Origin: a virus
Lineage: Duplodnaviria > Caudoviricetes
IMG/VR virus record: IMGVR_UViG_3300047281_000067
Span: 1-59,977 of that record
Strand: one strand, 5' to 3'
DNA: 59,977 bases
Part shown: one piece after another, positions 38,071-46,569 of the stretch
Position numbering within the stretch: position 1 is the first letter of the stretch
How the letters are laid out: each line of letters opens with the position of its first letter
The notes under the pieces: model-generated
The model's input: only the letters and a program-made list of their open reading frames with translations
Told to the model about the DNA's origin: nothing
The model's database searches: none
Translations under genes and position numbers: made by a program

Positions 38071-39012
38071 ATGAAATATATACTAACTCTCTTACTATCA
38101 TTTATTATAAGCGCACACGCAGCACAGTCCCAGTCTCCGCTTGAAATTATCGTTCCATTACCACCGGGGGGTCCCACTGACTCTCTCGCAAGAGCAGTCC
38201 AACTGTATCTGACTAAATCACTCTCACGCAATGTGATAGTGGTTAATAAGCCAGGTGCTGATGGCCGTATCGCCGGCCGATATGCTGTAAGTAAACCATC
38301 TGATGGATCAAGTTTGGTAATTATTGGCACTGGTCCATTTGTATACAACAAAGTACTGTATTCAAATCTCGGATATGACTATTCAGAGTTTGATATGGTT
38401 TTGCCAATTGTCCGAACTCCAGTGGGAATAATGGTATCTGCTGACAGTAAAATTAGTACATTGTCTGAGTTAGTAAATTACTCTACTAAGAATCAATTGA
38501 ACTGCGGAGTGAGCAATTCCGGAGGTAAATTAATCGCGGGCTATTTGAAAGTAAAATTAGAAATGTCGTCGTCAGTGCTAATTGTTCCGTATACCGGTTC
38601 TGGCCCAGCAATCAATGATCTATTGGGCGGACATATAAACTGTGTAGTAGATGCGGTCTCGTCATATAAATCATATCACTTGGCTAAAAAAATCAAAATC
38701 ATCGCATTGACTGGCAATGATCAAATAGTTGAACTAGGTCATATTCCGCTAGTGAAAGAATCACTCCCTGAATTCGTGATATTTAATTGGTTCGGGGTAG
38801 GTATTCTGAAAGGTACTCCTGATGACATTAAACATCAAATCTTGTCTTCTCTGAAACATATTAATAACGATGCTGACTTTTTAAAGTCAGTAGCAGCCAC
38901 TGGACTTGACGCAACACGAAGTTCAGACACCCCTACTAAATTATTGGATACAGAATATAAAAAAATATCAGATATTGCTAAAGTATTGGCTATTCCCAAG
39001 ACAGTAGACTAG
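38071..39012 (+). CDS. tripartite tricarboxylate transporter substrate-binding protein (Bug/TctC)
   Basis: signal peptide; IIVPLPPGGPTDSLAR, VNKPGADG, VPYTGSGPAINDLLGG. Confidence 0.88.
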   Translation: MKYILTLLLSFIISAHAAQSQSPLEIIVPLPPGGPTDSLARAVQLYLTKSLSRNVIVVNKPGADGRIAGRYAVSKPSDGSSLVIIGTGPFVYNKVLYSNLGYDYSEFDMVLPIVRTPVGIMVSADSKISTLSELVNYSTKNQLNCGVSNSGGKLIAGYLKVKLEMSSSVLIVPYTGSGPAINDLLGGHINCVVDAVSSYKSYHLAKKIKIIALTGNDQIVELGHIPLVKESLPEFVIFNWFGVGILKGTPDDIKHQILSSLKHINNDADFLKSVAATGLDATRSSDTPTKLLDTEYKKISDIAKVLAIPKTVD

Positions 39013-39015
39013 TAT

Positions 39016-40155
39016 ATGACTTATCCATCAAGAAACGGAATCTACACTGTAGGAGTCAGGTCATTTCTCAGTAAAACGCAGGCTTTGATTGAGGCAACTA
39101 AAACAAATCAACAACCAAGTTGGGATTTCTCTAATGAAATTTTTTCTAAAATGGATTGGACATCAGGTCAGACTGAAGATATCCGGGTGCTATATCGAAA
39201 ACGCGCCCGTCAATTGCGGGAGAAATATGATTATTTAATTCTGAGCTATAGTGGCGGTAGTGACACCTGGACAGTTTTACGTAGCTTCATTGAAGAGAAT
39301 ATTAACGTGGATGAAATATTAGTACGATGGCCCTTAAAGGCAACTAGTGACTTATTCACTGTATCAACTAATACTTCTGCTGGTAATATATTAAGCGAAT
39401 GGGAATTGAATATCAAACCTGACCTTGATTATATTGCGAAGACTTACCCTAATATTAAAATCACAGTGTATGATTGGAGTGATGATATTAATGATGAAGT
39501 TACAGAAGCAGATTGGAATAGTGTCAACGATCATTTAAATCCGGGCGTTTTCCGTAAGTTCACGGTCATCGGAGAAAAAGAGCGTTCCATGATAGATGCT
39601 GGTAAGCGCACTGCGATTATCTGGGGAGTAGATAAACCGCAAGTAAGATATAAGGACGGAAATTTGTATTCGTACTTTCTAGATAAATTAGCAAATACAA
39701 GATGTATCGATGGTGTCAACAATCGAACTGCTGAATTATTTTATTGGACCCCTGATTTTCCTGAATTGGCTCATGCTCAAGCTAGACTGGTGTATGAATA
39801 CTTTATTAAAAATCCTGAATTAGTACACATTGTAGATTGGGATTCTAATGCCCCTGGTAAGAAAGTTCTCTACAATAAACTCGTGCGGAGTTTAGTTTAT
39901 CCGGATTGGAATATCAAGAAGTTTCAAGCTGATAAGCCTACTAGCCTAGTTTGGTGTACTAATGATGCATGGATATTTACTCATTTACCGTATCACAGAT
40001 ATTATCAAAGTTGGGAACATGGCTTAAATAGTATTAAGAATTCAGTTGATTCAAGATTTCATCAAACTAGCAACACTGGACGATTTGAAGGCTGGACTGG
40101 ATTCACTAGTCCAATGTATTTATTAGGTCCTATTCATTCGTCAGTCAAAAATTAG
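39016..40155 (+). CDS. PP-loop (adenine nucleotide alpha hydrolase-like) protein
   Basis: LSYSGGSDT PP-loop, WGVDKP. Confidence 0.6.
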   Translation: MTYPSRNGIYTVGVRSFLSKTQALIEATKTNQQPSWDFSNEIFSKMDWTSGQTEDIRVLYRKRARQLREKYDYLILSYSGGSDTWTVLRSFIEENINVDEILVRWPLKATSDLFTVSTNTSAGNILSEWELNIKPDLDYIAKTYPNIKITVYDWSDDINDEVTEADWNSVNDHLNPGVFRKFTVIGEKERSMIDAGKRTAIIWGVDKPQVRYKDGNLYSYFLDKLANTRCIDGVNNRTAELFYWTPDFPELAHAQARLVYEYFIKNPELVHIVDWDSNAPGKKVLYNKLVRSLVYPDWNIKKFQADKPTSLVWCTNDAWIFTHLPYHRYYQSWEHGLNSIKNSVDSRFHQTSNTGRFEGWTGFTSPMYLLGPIHSSVKN

Positions 40156-40175
40156 ATAATAATTAAAGGAAATAT

Positions 40176-40625
40176 GTGTCAGTTACATTACAAAACTTAG
40201 AAAATGCTTTAGCTGGTGAATCAATTGCTCATGTAAAATATCGTTATTTTGCACGCATCGCCCGCGAAGAAGGCTTCGAAGAAATTGCCCAACATTTTGA
40301 GCATACAGCAGATCAAGAGATACTCCATGCCTGGGGTCATCTAGACTTGCTTATCGGTAAACCTTCTACTAAGGAATGCTTAGAAAAAGCAATCGCAGGC
40401 GAGACATATGAGTTTACTGCAATGTATCCTAGCTATGTATATGCTGCTCAACAAGAACAGAACACTGAAGCTCTCTCTGAATTTCAAGGACAGATCGTTG
40501 AATCAAAAGAACATGCTGCTCAGTTCAAAGCTGTATTGGCAAAAGCAGAAAAACGTTTTGCTGCTCTGACTAAAGTAGAGAAGCGCCACGCTGAAGCATA
40601 TACACAAGTACTGGGGACAATGTAA
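40176..40625 (+). CDS. rubrerythrin (ferritin-like domain)
   Basis: ALAGESIAH.KY, EILHA, ETYEFT.MYP, ESKEHA, EKRHA. Confidence 0.9.
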   Translation: MSVTLQNLENALAGESIAHVKYRYFARIAREEGFEEIAQHFEHTADQEILHAWGHLDLLIGKPSTKECLEKAIAGETYEFTAMYPSYVYAAQQEQNTEALSEFQGQIVESKEHAAQFKAVLAKAEKRFAALTKVEKRHAEAYTQVLGTM

Positions 40626-40753
40626 TGGATCATGTTTGTATTGTATGTGGTCATGTCCACGATGAAGAACTAGAAGGCGCATGGGATACGCTCCCTGATG
40701 ATTATCTATGCCCGGAATGTGGCGTGGGTAAAGAAGATTACGAAACATTGTAA
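40625..40753 (+). CDS. rubredoxin
   Basis: MDHVCIVCGHVHDE...LPDDYLCPECGVGKEDY; below the ORF track cutoff; TAATG coupling to rubrerythrin. Confidence 0.9.
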   Translation: MDHVCIVCGHVHDEELEGAWDTLPDDYLCPECGVGKEDYETL

Positions 40754-40768
40754 TTTACCCAAAATGTG

Positions 40769-40797
40769 TTTACAACAACACGAAAGTAAGTTATAAT
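40769..40797 (+). promoter_or_regulatory. sigma70 promoter directly upstream of Y-like copy 6
   Basis: TTTACA-17-TATAAT. Confidence 0.7.
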
Positions 40798-40807
40798 AGT
40801 CACTTAC

Positions 40808-41055
40808 TAGGATGAGTTCAGCATTTAAAATACTAACGTAATTACATAGAAAGCGGTCGTAGGACAGTAGCAATACTTCTAGGCAACTAGACGCTCAAGG
40901 AATGAATGACAGAATGGAAAGACATCCTATGTTGCTAGTAGCAGACACAATTACTAGATAGTCAACATGAATGTTGATAGGGTCGCAGTAACTGAACCAA
41001 CATACAGGGGACAGTGCGACCAGAAAATAAAATAACGGTTACTATCATCCTGTTA
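40808..41055 (+). ncRNA. Y-like RNA copy 6 (long, ~250 nt)
   Basis: aggatga/tcatcct helix + GTTCAGCA, CCTGTTA end; internal GCAA/GAAA tetraloop hairpins. Confidence 0.65.
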
Positions 41056-41059
41056 AAAT

Positions 41060-41857
41060 ATGCAAGTTCTATTACAAGACATTAGTACATACGAAACCAG
41101 AACTATCAGTCAAGCATGTATGCTATCTGATATAAAGGTACATCGTACAAGTTTAGGAATGTTACAAACACTCTTTGACTTCAAGACTGAATTACTACGA
41201 GGGGATTTAATGCCCGTTGGTAGTGTAGAGTTTGTAAGAGAATGTTTCTCTATCATGGATATAGAATCACCCGGGTGGTCCTCATATCCCGACGAATTAG
41301 AAGAATTCTTACACAGAAAACTTAAAGTACGCAGTGCACCTTATATTCGCATAATGTATACTTCTCAAGCAATAGAGACACCCGTGTTCATCAAACCAGC
41401 ATATCAAGTAAAATTGTTCAACGGGTTTGTATTTTATCCTACTAAAAAGCGGGAAGATTATGATGAACATGATCAAGAGCAGTGGGATATCGTAATGTCA
41501 GCGGACAATAAGACATTATTGTGTATCAGCGATGTAGTAGACTTTCATAGTGAATGGCGATATTATATCGATGACAATAAGATCATTGGGTCAGCAAGAT
41601 ATGACGATGGTCCTGATTCAGCATTAGCACCAGAGATAGATGTAGTCAATCAAATGATTGAGGCTATGCCGATAAATCATCCTTACACATTGGATGTAGG
41701 GAGACTGTCAACTGGTGGCACCGCTTTGGTGGAAATCAACGATGCTTGGGCAATCGGGTTGTACGGTAAAGCATTAACCCCAAGAGTTTATTTAGACTTT
41801 TTGGGTAAACGATGGAAATCAATTGTTGAAAAACACTTGACAAGTAATCAAAACTAA
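41060..41857 (+). CDS. ATP-grasp domain protein (DUF4343/R2K-like)
   Basis: PVGSVEF, YPDEL..FLHR, VFIKP, SEWRYYI, TLDVG, LVEIND.WAIGLY. Confidence 0.8.
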   Translation: MQVLLQDISTYETRTISQACMLSDIKVHRTSLGMLQTLFDFKTELLRGDLMPVGSVEFVRECFSIMDIESPGWSSYPDELEEFLHRKLKVRSAPYIRIMYTSQAIETPVFIKPAYQVKLFNGFVFYPTKKREDYDEHDQEQWDIVMSADNKTLLCISDVVDFHSEWRYYIDDNKIIGSARYDDGPDSALAPEIDVVNQMIEAMPINHPYTLDVGRLSTGGTALVEINDAWAIGLYGKALTPRVYLDFLGKRWKSIVEKHLTSNQN

Positions 41858-41865
41858 GCTATAAT
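41837..41865 (+). promoter_or_regulatory. sigma70 promoter for Y-like copies 7-8 and the Ro60-like gene
   Basis: TTGACA-17-TATAAT. Confidence 0.85.
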
Positions 41866-41886
41866 TAACGCTTAGACACTGAGATT

Positions 41887-42022
41887 TAGGATAGGTGCAG
41901 CAATCAAATTAATCAACTTGGATTGCTACTTTTAACCTGGACATCAAACTCCAGACAAAGTAGATAGAGTGGTTTCGACAGTTCCCCTCGATAAAAGAAA
42001 AAAGTAGATAACTATCCTGTTA
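41887..42022 (+). ncRNA. Y-like RNA copy 7
   Basis: aggatag/ctatcct helix + GTGCAGCAA, CCTGTTA end; internal GGTTTCGAC T-loop-like motif. Confidence 0.68.
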
Positions 42023-42026
42023 AATT

Positions 42027-42093
42027 TAGGTTAACTTCAGCAACACAAACACCTGGCTGTCTGCTAGGACACTAAACTAGTATTAACCTGTTA
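42027..42093 (+). ncRNA. Y-like RNA copy 8 with Asp(GUC) anticodon stem-loop
   Basis: aggttaa/ttaacct helix (compensatory changes) + TTCAGCAA; cctgg-CTGTCTG-ctagg. Confidence 0.72.
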
Positions 42094-42108
42094 AAGAAAG
42101 AGAAAATT

Positions 42109-43524
42109 ATGAAATTCGCAGAAGCAATCGGTAATCAAGAAGCTCGTACCGCAAACGGTATGAAGGCACGTTCGTCAACAGCTAACGCCTGTGTTGACTT
42201 GTTTTTCGCCATTGGCGCAAGCCGTGGTAAAAACATTATCCCCCAATTCACTGCGGCTTATGTCGAGAACAGTGACCTCGCATTGCGCATCGTGCAATGG
42301 GTTCGTGATGTGCGCGGCGGTTCAGGTGAACGTGAAATCTTCCGTCAAGTATTGACTCACTTGGAAAACACTAACCCAGCAGACGCTAGCCGTTTGATGG
42401 TCAAGGTCCCTGAGCTTGGTCGTTGGGATGACTTGTTTGTCTTTAAGACTGAACCTCTTAAGGCACAAGCATACACAATGTTGGGCGATGCCCTTCGTGT
42501 GAAGAACGGCCTTGCTGCTAAGTGGACACCTCGCAAGGGTGACACTGCTGTTGAAATTCGTAAGTTTTTCGGCATGACTCCTAAGCAGTACCGTAAGTCG
42601 TTGGTTAACATGACTCAAGTTGTTGAAACTCAAATGTGCGCAGGCTCATGGGATGTTATCAACTTCTCGCATGTTCCATCTGTTGCGCATTCGCGTTACA
42701 AGAAGGCTTTTGGTCGTCATGGTACTACCTACGCTGAATACGTGACTAAGCTCGTCAAGGGCGAAGCAGGCGTAAAGATCAATGCTAACGCAATCTTTCC
42801 GCATGATGTATTGAAGGGTCGTATCACTGGTTACAGTGCTTCTTGGTCTAAGACCGAGTTGGATGTGATTGAAGCGCAATGGAACGCATTGCCTAACTAT
42901 GTTGGTGATGCTAGCGTGTTGCCTCTTGTTGACGTATCAGGTTCAATGACTTGTAAAGCAGGTCAAACTGGTACTACTACTTGTCTGGAAATTGCAGTCT
43001 CTTTGGGTCTGTACTTTGCTGATAAGAACAAGGGTGCGTTTAAGGATTGCATGTTGACCTTTAGTGACAAGCCTCAGTTGGTTACCCTCAAGGGTGCTAT
43101 CAACGAAAAGATCGACCAAATGGTCGCTACTGATTGGGCTATGAGCACTAACTTGCATGCCGCATTTAATGTGATCCTCAACACCGCGGTGAAGAACAGT
43201 GTTGCTCAAGCAGACATGCCAGCAACTTTGATCATCTTCTCGGACATGCAGTTTAACTCTTGCGTTAAGAATGATGACAGCGCAATGGAAATGATCGAAC
43301 GCAAGTTTGAAGCAGCTGGTTACGCACTACCAAAAGTAGTGTTCTGGAACTTGAACGCTGGTAACAACGTTCCTGTGAAGTTTGATAAGAAGGGCACCGC
43401 TCTTGTTTCTGGCTTCAGTCCAGCAATCGCAGCAAGCATCTTGGGTGCTGACCCAGACGCCTTCACTCCAGAAGCTATCATGCTTAAGGCAGTGATGAAC
43501 AGTCGCTACGATTTGGCTGAATAA
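42109..43524 (+). CDS. TROVE/Ro60-like helical domain + vWA protein (DUF2828-like)
   Basis: RDVRGGSGER, GRWDDL, AAKWTPR helical region; MIDAS DVSGSM, STNL, FSDMQF, VFWNL, VSGFS; host-like highly expressed codon usage. Confidence 0.8.
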   Translation: MKFAEAIGNQEARTANGMKARSSTANACVDLFFAIGASRGKNIIPQFTAAYVENSDLALRIVQWVRDVRGGSGEREIFRQVLTHLENTNPADASRLMVKVPELGRWDDLFVFKTEPLKAQAYTMLGDALRVKNGLAAKWTPRKGDTAVEIRKFFGMTPKQYRKSLVNMTQVVETQMCAGSWDVINFSHVPSVAHSRYKKAFGRHGTTYAEYVTKLVKGEAGVKINANAIFPHDVLKGRITGYSASWSKTELDVIEAQWNALPNYVGDASVLPLVDVSGSMTCKAGQTGTTTCLEIAVSLGLYFADKNKGAFKDCMLTFSDKPQLVTLKGAINEKIDQMVATDWAMSTNLHAAFNVILNTAVKNSVAQADMPATLIIFSDMQFNSCVKNDDSAMEMIERKFEAAGYALPKVVFWNLNAGNNVPVKFDKKGTALVSGFSPAIAASILGADPDAFTPEAIMLKAVMNSRYDLAE

Positions 43525-43628
43525 GCTAAATAGTTGTAACACGGCAGATGCCTCTGCGAAAGTACGCATCTGTTCTCTATCTTACTGAAGCCGGCTCGTC
43601 CGGCTTCCGTTACCTGTTAAATACATTA

Positions 43629-44069
43629 ATGTTAACTAGATTTATATATCAAAACGATGATTATAATTTATCTCGTGAGATTATAATCTCTAAACTATGT
43701 GCGGCAGCTTCAAATATCATATCATTACCGAATGAATTGATAATACGAATTGCATGGTTAGGTGAATCAGTACATGGTAATACTGCGGTTGAACATAGAT
43801 TCAAAAATAGAATTAGTATTAATAGTATTCTTTCTTTAGCTGAAATTCCAATTGTATTGATACATGAATTAATACATGTGAATCAAATACATACTGGATT
43901 ATTAAGTGTGTCCAGGCATGGAATCTATACTTGGAATAATACACAATACAGAATTCCTGAATCATTGAGCATGGAACAGTACCTTCAATTACCTTGGGAA
44001 GCAGATGTTGTAGAAAAACAACAAAAAGTGCTAACAGACTCTTTGGCTTACGCAATGAAAAAGGGTTGA
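43629..44069 (+). CDS. putative zinc metallopeptidase
   Basis: HELIHVNQ and PWE motifs. Confidence 0.7.
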   Translation: MLTRFIYQNDDYNLSREIIISKLCAAASNIISLPNELIIRIAWLGESVHGNTAVEHRFKNRISINSILSLAEIPIVLIHELIHVNQIHTGLLSVSRHGIYTWNNTQYRIPESLSMEQYLQLPWEADVVEKQQKVLTDSLAYAMKKG

Positions 44070-44267
44070 CATTAAATCAGTTTGGTGATATAATAGATAC
44101 TTAAACAGCAACAAGTAGGAACACAATGACATATTCAACATCATGGACACTATTGTTCCTTCAACGAAATGAGCGCAAGGCTAAGGTCCGGGCCCGTAAG
44201 GTAGGCAAATATAATTCAATTACTTGGTGTTACAGAGGTTGACATTAAATCAGTTTGGTGTTATAAT
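44066..44267 (+). promoter_or_regulatory. two near-identical early sigma70 promoters (-35 at 44066, 44239)
   Basis: ggTTGACAttaaatcagtttggtg(a/t)TATAATagatactta. Confidence 0.85.
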
Positions 44268-44310
44268 AGATACTTAACAACAAAGAGCGTTACGATTGTA
44301 TCATAAATAA

Positions 44311-44676
44311 GTGATGAATGACACTGAAATAATACAACCAGAAAACGAAATTGTTGCTGCCCGCAAGCGCAAGCGCAGGACTGACACCAATCACGCAATT
44401 TATGTTATAACTAACGTTTTAACTGAAGAGCAATACATTGGTATTGCTGTTATAAGCACTACTGTTAGAGCAGCATTAAAACGCCGCATACAAAAACACG
44501 TTCAACGTGCGAATGCTGAAGCCAAAGATTGGGGACTATGTAATAGTATCCGTGAATATGGTTCTGAGGCATTTACATACGGATTGTTAGAAATTGTGCG
44601 CGGTAAAGGTCCTGCTCACTTGCGTGAACTTGAATACATACGACAATATCACCCGGCATTGAACACATTTAGATGA
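44311..44676 (+). CDS. GIY-YIG-like nuclease
   Basis: AIYVITN...QYIG, R..KH, ELEYI...LN. Confidence 0.65.
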   Translation: MMNDTEIIQPENEIVAARKRKRRTDTNHAIYVITNVLTEEQYIGIAVISTTVRAALKRRIQKHVQRANAEAKDWGLCNSIREYGSEAFTYGLLEIVRGKGPAHLRELEYIRQYHPALNTFR

Positions 44677-44963
44677 ACGACATTTTATTAAATATTGGCA
44701 CTTGGATCAAAGATGACTATAGAACTCACCCTCTTCGTTTTGTCGTTGAAGTGTTGGCTTGGGCAATATCGGTTGGTTGTAGTCTCACAATGGCGATCAC
44801 TGTACCAAATCCGCCTTTACTCTATATGTATCCTGTATGGATTATTGGTTGTTCTTTGTACTTGTGGGCTTCTTATACGAGAAAATCATTTGGGATGCTA
44901 GCCAATTATTTGCTACTGGTATCTATTGATAGTGTTGGTTTATTTAGAATGTTAGTTAACTAG
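44673..44963 (+). CDS. small membrane protein
   Basis: three hydrophobic segments. Confidence 0.65.
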   Translation: MNDILLNIGTWIKDDYRTHPLRFVVEVLAWAISVGCSLTMAITVPNPPLLYMYPVWIIGCSLYLWASYTRKSFGMLANYLLLVSIDSVGLFRMLVN

Positions 44964-44968
44964 GAAAA

Positions 44969-45436
44969 ATGATGGGTAAAAAATTTACAGTTACTTTAGA
45001 AGAAGATCCTGCCTCAGGTGACTTGATCATGCCTTTCCCTGAAGGCCTATGTGAATCACTAGGATGGGATATCGGTGATACGCTAGATTGGGCCGATAAT
45101 AAAGACGGATCGTACTCATTGACTAAAAAGAAACCTGAAACTCAGTGGGTGCTGGTAGAAGCAGTATCAACATTTCGCGCACGATATATGGTTGAAGTAC
45201 CCGTTGGTACTGACAACTATGGTAAAGACAAAGCACTGTGGGCACTGGACACTGTGACAATGAATGAAGCAACTGAATTCAGTCAAGAACATCTAGGTGA
45301 ACAAATTGTATCACATCGTGTTGTCTCTAAGGAAGAGGCATTGAAAATGTGCGATATTGACAATGATTACACCAAGTCCTGGGACGAGGAACTTAAAATG
45401 AAAAACTTTTTTACAAATTGGAAAGATAATGAGTGA
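44969..45436 (+). CDS. AbrB/MazE-like N-terminal domain protein
   Basis: DLIMPFPEGLCESLGWDIGDTLDW. Confidence 0.6.
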   Translation: MMGKKFTVTLEEDPASGDLIMPFPEGLCESLGWDIGDTLDWADNKDGSYSLTKKKPETQWVLVEAVSTFRARYMVEVPVGTDNYGKDKALWALDTVTMNEATEFSQEHLGEQIVSHRVVSKEEALKMCDIDNDYTKSWDEELKMKNFFTNWKDNE

Positions 45437-45746
45437 TATTATGCCAAATGGATATTCGCCTACTGCTGATTGGACTGACGATGAATGGTCAAAACTAAGT
45501 GTATGGCTTAAAGGCGTGCTGCTTCACGGTACCGCCGTAGTTACCTTTACTAAAGTAGACGGCACCGAGCGAGTAATGACCTGTACATTGAAGCCTGAGC
45601 TATTACCAGCGGTAGTCATTAAAGAAGCCACTGACAAGCCAGCACGCAAAGAGTCAACTACCAGCATTAGAGTGTATGATACTGAAATTTCAGAGTGGCG
45701 CAGCTTTGTAACTAAGTCAATTAAGAACATTAGCTTTTCATTGTGA
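45429..45746 (+). CDS. WYL-like/SH3 beta-barrel protein
   Basis: VTFTKVDGTERVMTCTL...VYD...WRSF. Confidence 0.7.
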   Translation: MSDIMPNGYSPTADWTDDEWSKLSVWLKGVLLHGTAVVTFTKVDGTERVMTCTLKPELLPAVVIKEATDKPARKESTTSIRVYDTEISEWRSFVTKSIKNISFSL

Positions 45747-45931
45747 ATGATAAATTAGACAGAATGGCAGAGTTAATGCTGCCCATTGACAAGCAAATAC
45801 TAATGTGCGACAATGAAGATGATATCCTTATGTTGGCCTGCGCAATGCTTCAACGCACCAGCGAAATCCTTGACAAGGTACTAGGTGACAAAGGCAGGCA
45901 TATGTTACTCACTGACGCAGCAAATCGATAA
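45743..45931 (+). CDS. hypothetical protein
   Basis: translationally coupled ORF. Confidence 0.6.
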   Translation: MNDKLDRMAELMLPIDKQILMCDNEDDILMLACAMLQRTSEILDKVLGDKGRHMLLTDAANR

Positions 45932-45976
45932 ATTTAGCTTGACAATTGGGTCAATGTGTGCTATAATTCGTGTATT

Positions 45977-46135
45977 ATGAAGAAACAATTATTATCATTT
46001 GTCGTCAGTAAGCCCAAAACAAGAGTACACTTTATGTTGTTTGCTGAGGATACTCCGTTTAAACCTAAGATCGTGGTTGCTAAGAATAAATTTCAACGAA
46101 AAGCAAAACACGGAAACAAACATGATCTATCTTAG
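45977..46135 (+). CDS. small basic protein, weakly ArfA-like
   Basis: 52 aa ending TPFKPKIVVAKNKFQRKAKHGNKHDLS; begins 10 nt after the -10 box of the promoter at 45939. Confidence 0.5.
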   Translation: MKKQLLSFVVSKPKTRVHFMLFAEDTPFKPKIVVAKNKFQRKAKHGNKHDLS

Positions 46136-46394
46136 TTTTAGTATTAGCAACCCCTTCAGTAAACGATTTGAAAATGTGTATTCTAAATCTGGAAAGATTA
46201 CTGAGTATAAGTGCTATGAATTTGAAGTGATGCGCAACAGGGAAATCATTGGGTGTTTCTTTAGCCTAACATCACGACAAGATCACGCCGGATTAGAAAT
46301 TTCATTCAGTTTGCTTAGTTGGGATTTTATATTTAATATCAATGATTCTCGACATTGGGATAGCAAAACAAATACTTGGGAAGTGTATGACTGA
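46122..46394 (+). CDS. hypothetical protein
   Basis: RQDHAG...DSRHWD motif. Confidence 0.6.
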   Translation: MIYLSFSISNPFSKRFENVYSKSGKITEYKCYEFEVMRNREIIGCFFSLTSRQDHAGLEISFSLLSWDFIFNINDSRHWDSKTNTWEVYD

Positions 46395-46569
46395 ATTCAT
46401 AAATTCAATAGCACCGTTTATCTATGGATGTATAGTAGGATGTCTATGGCAACCAATTTGGAAAATTCTAAAAAAGATATATTCCGAGGCAAAAATAGCC
46501 CAAAGAGATTGGTGATTGTACTCTAATAGAGTATAATATACACATATAATAAATACATCAAGGAATCAC

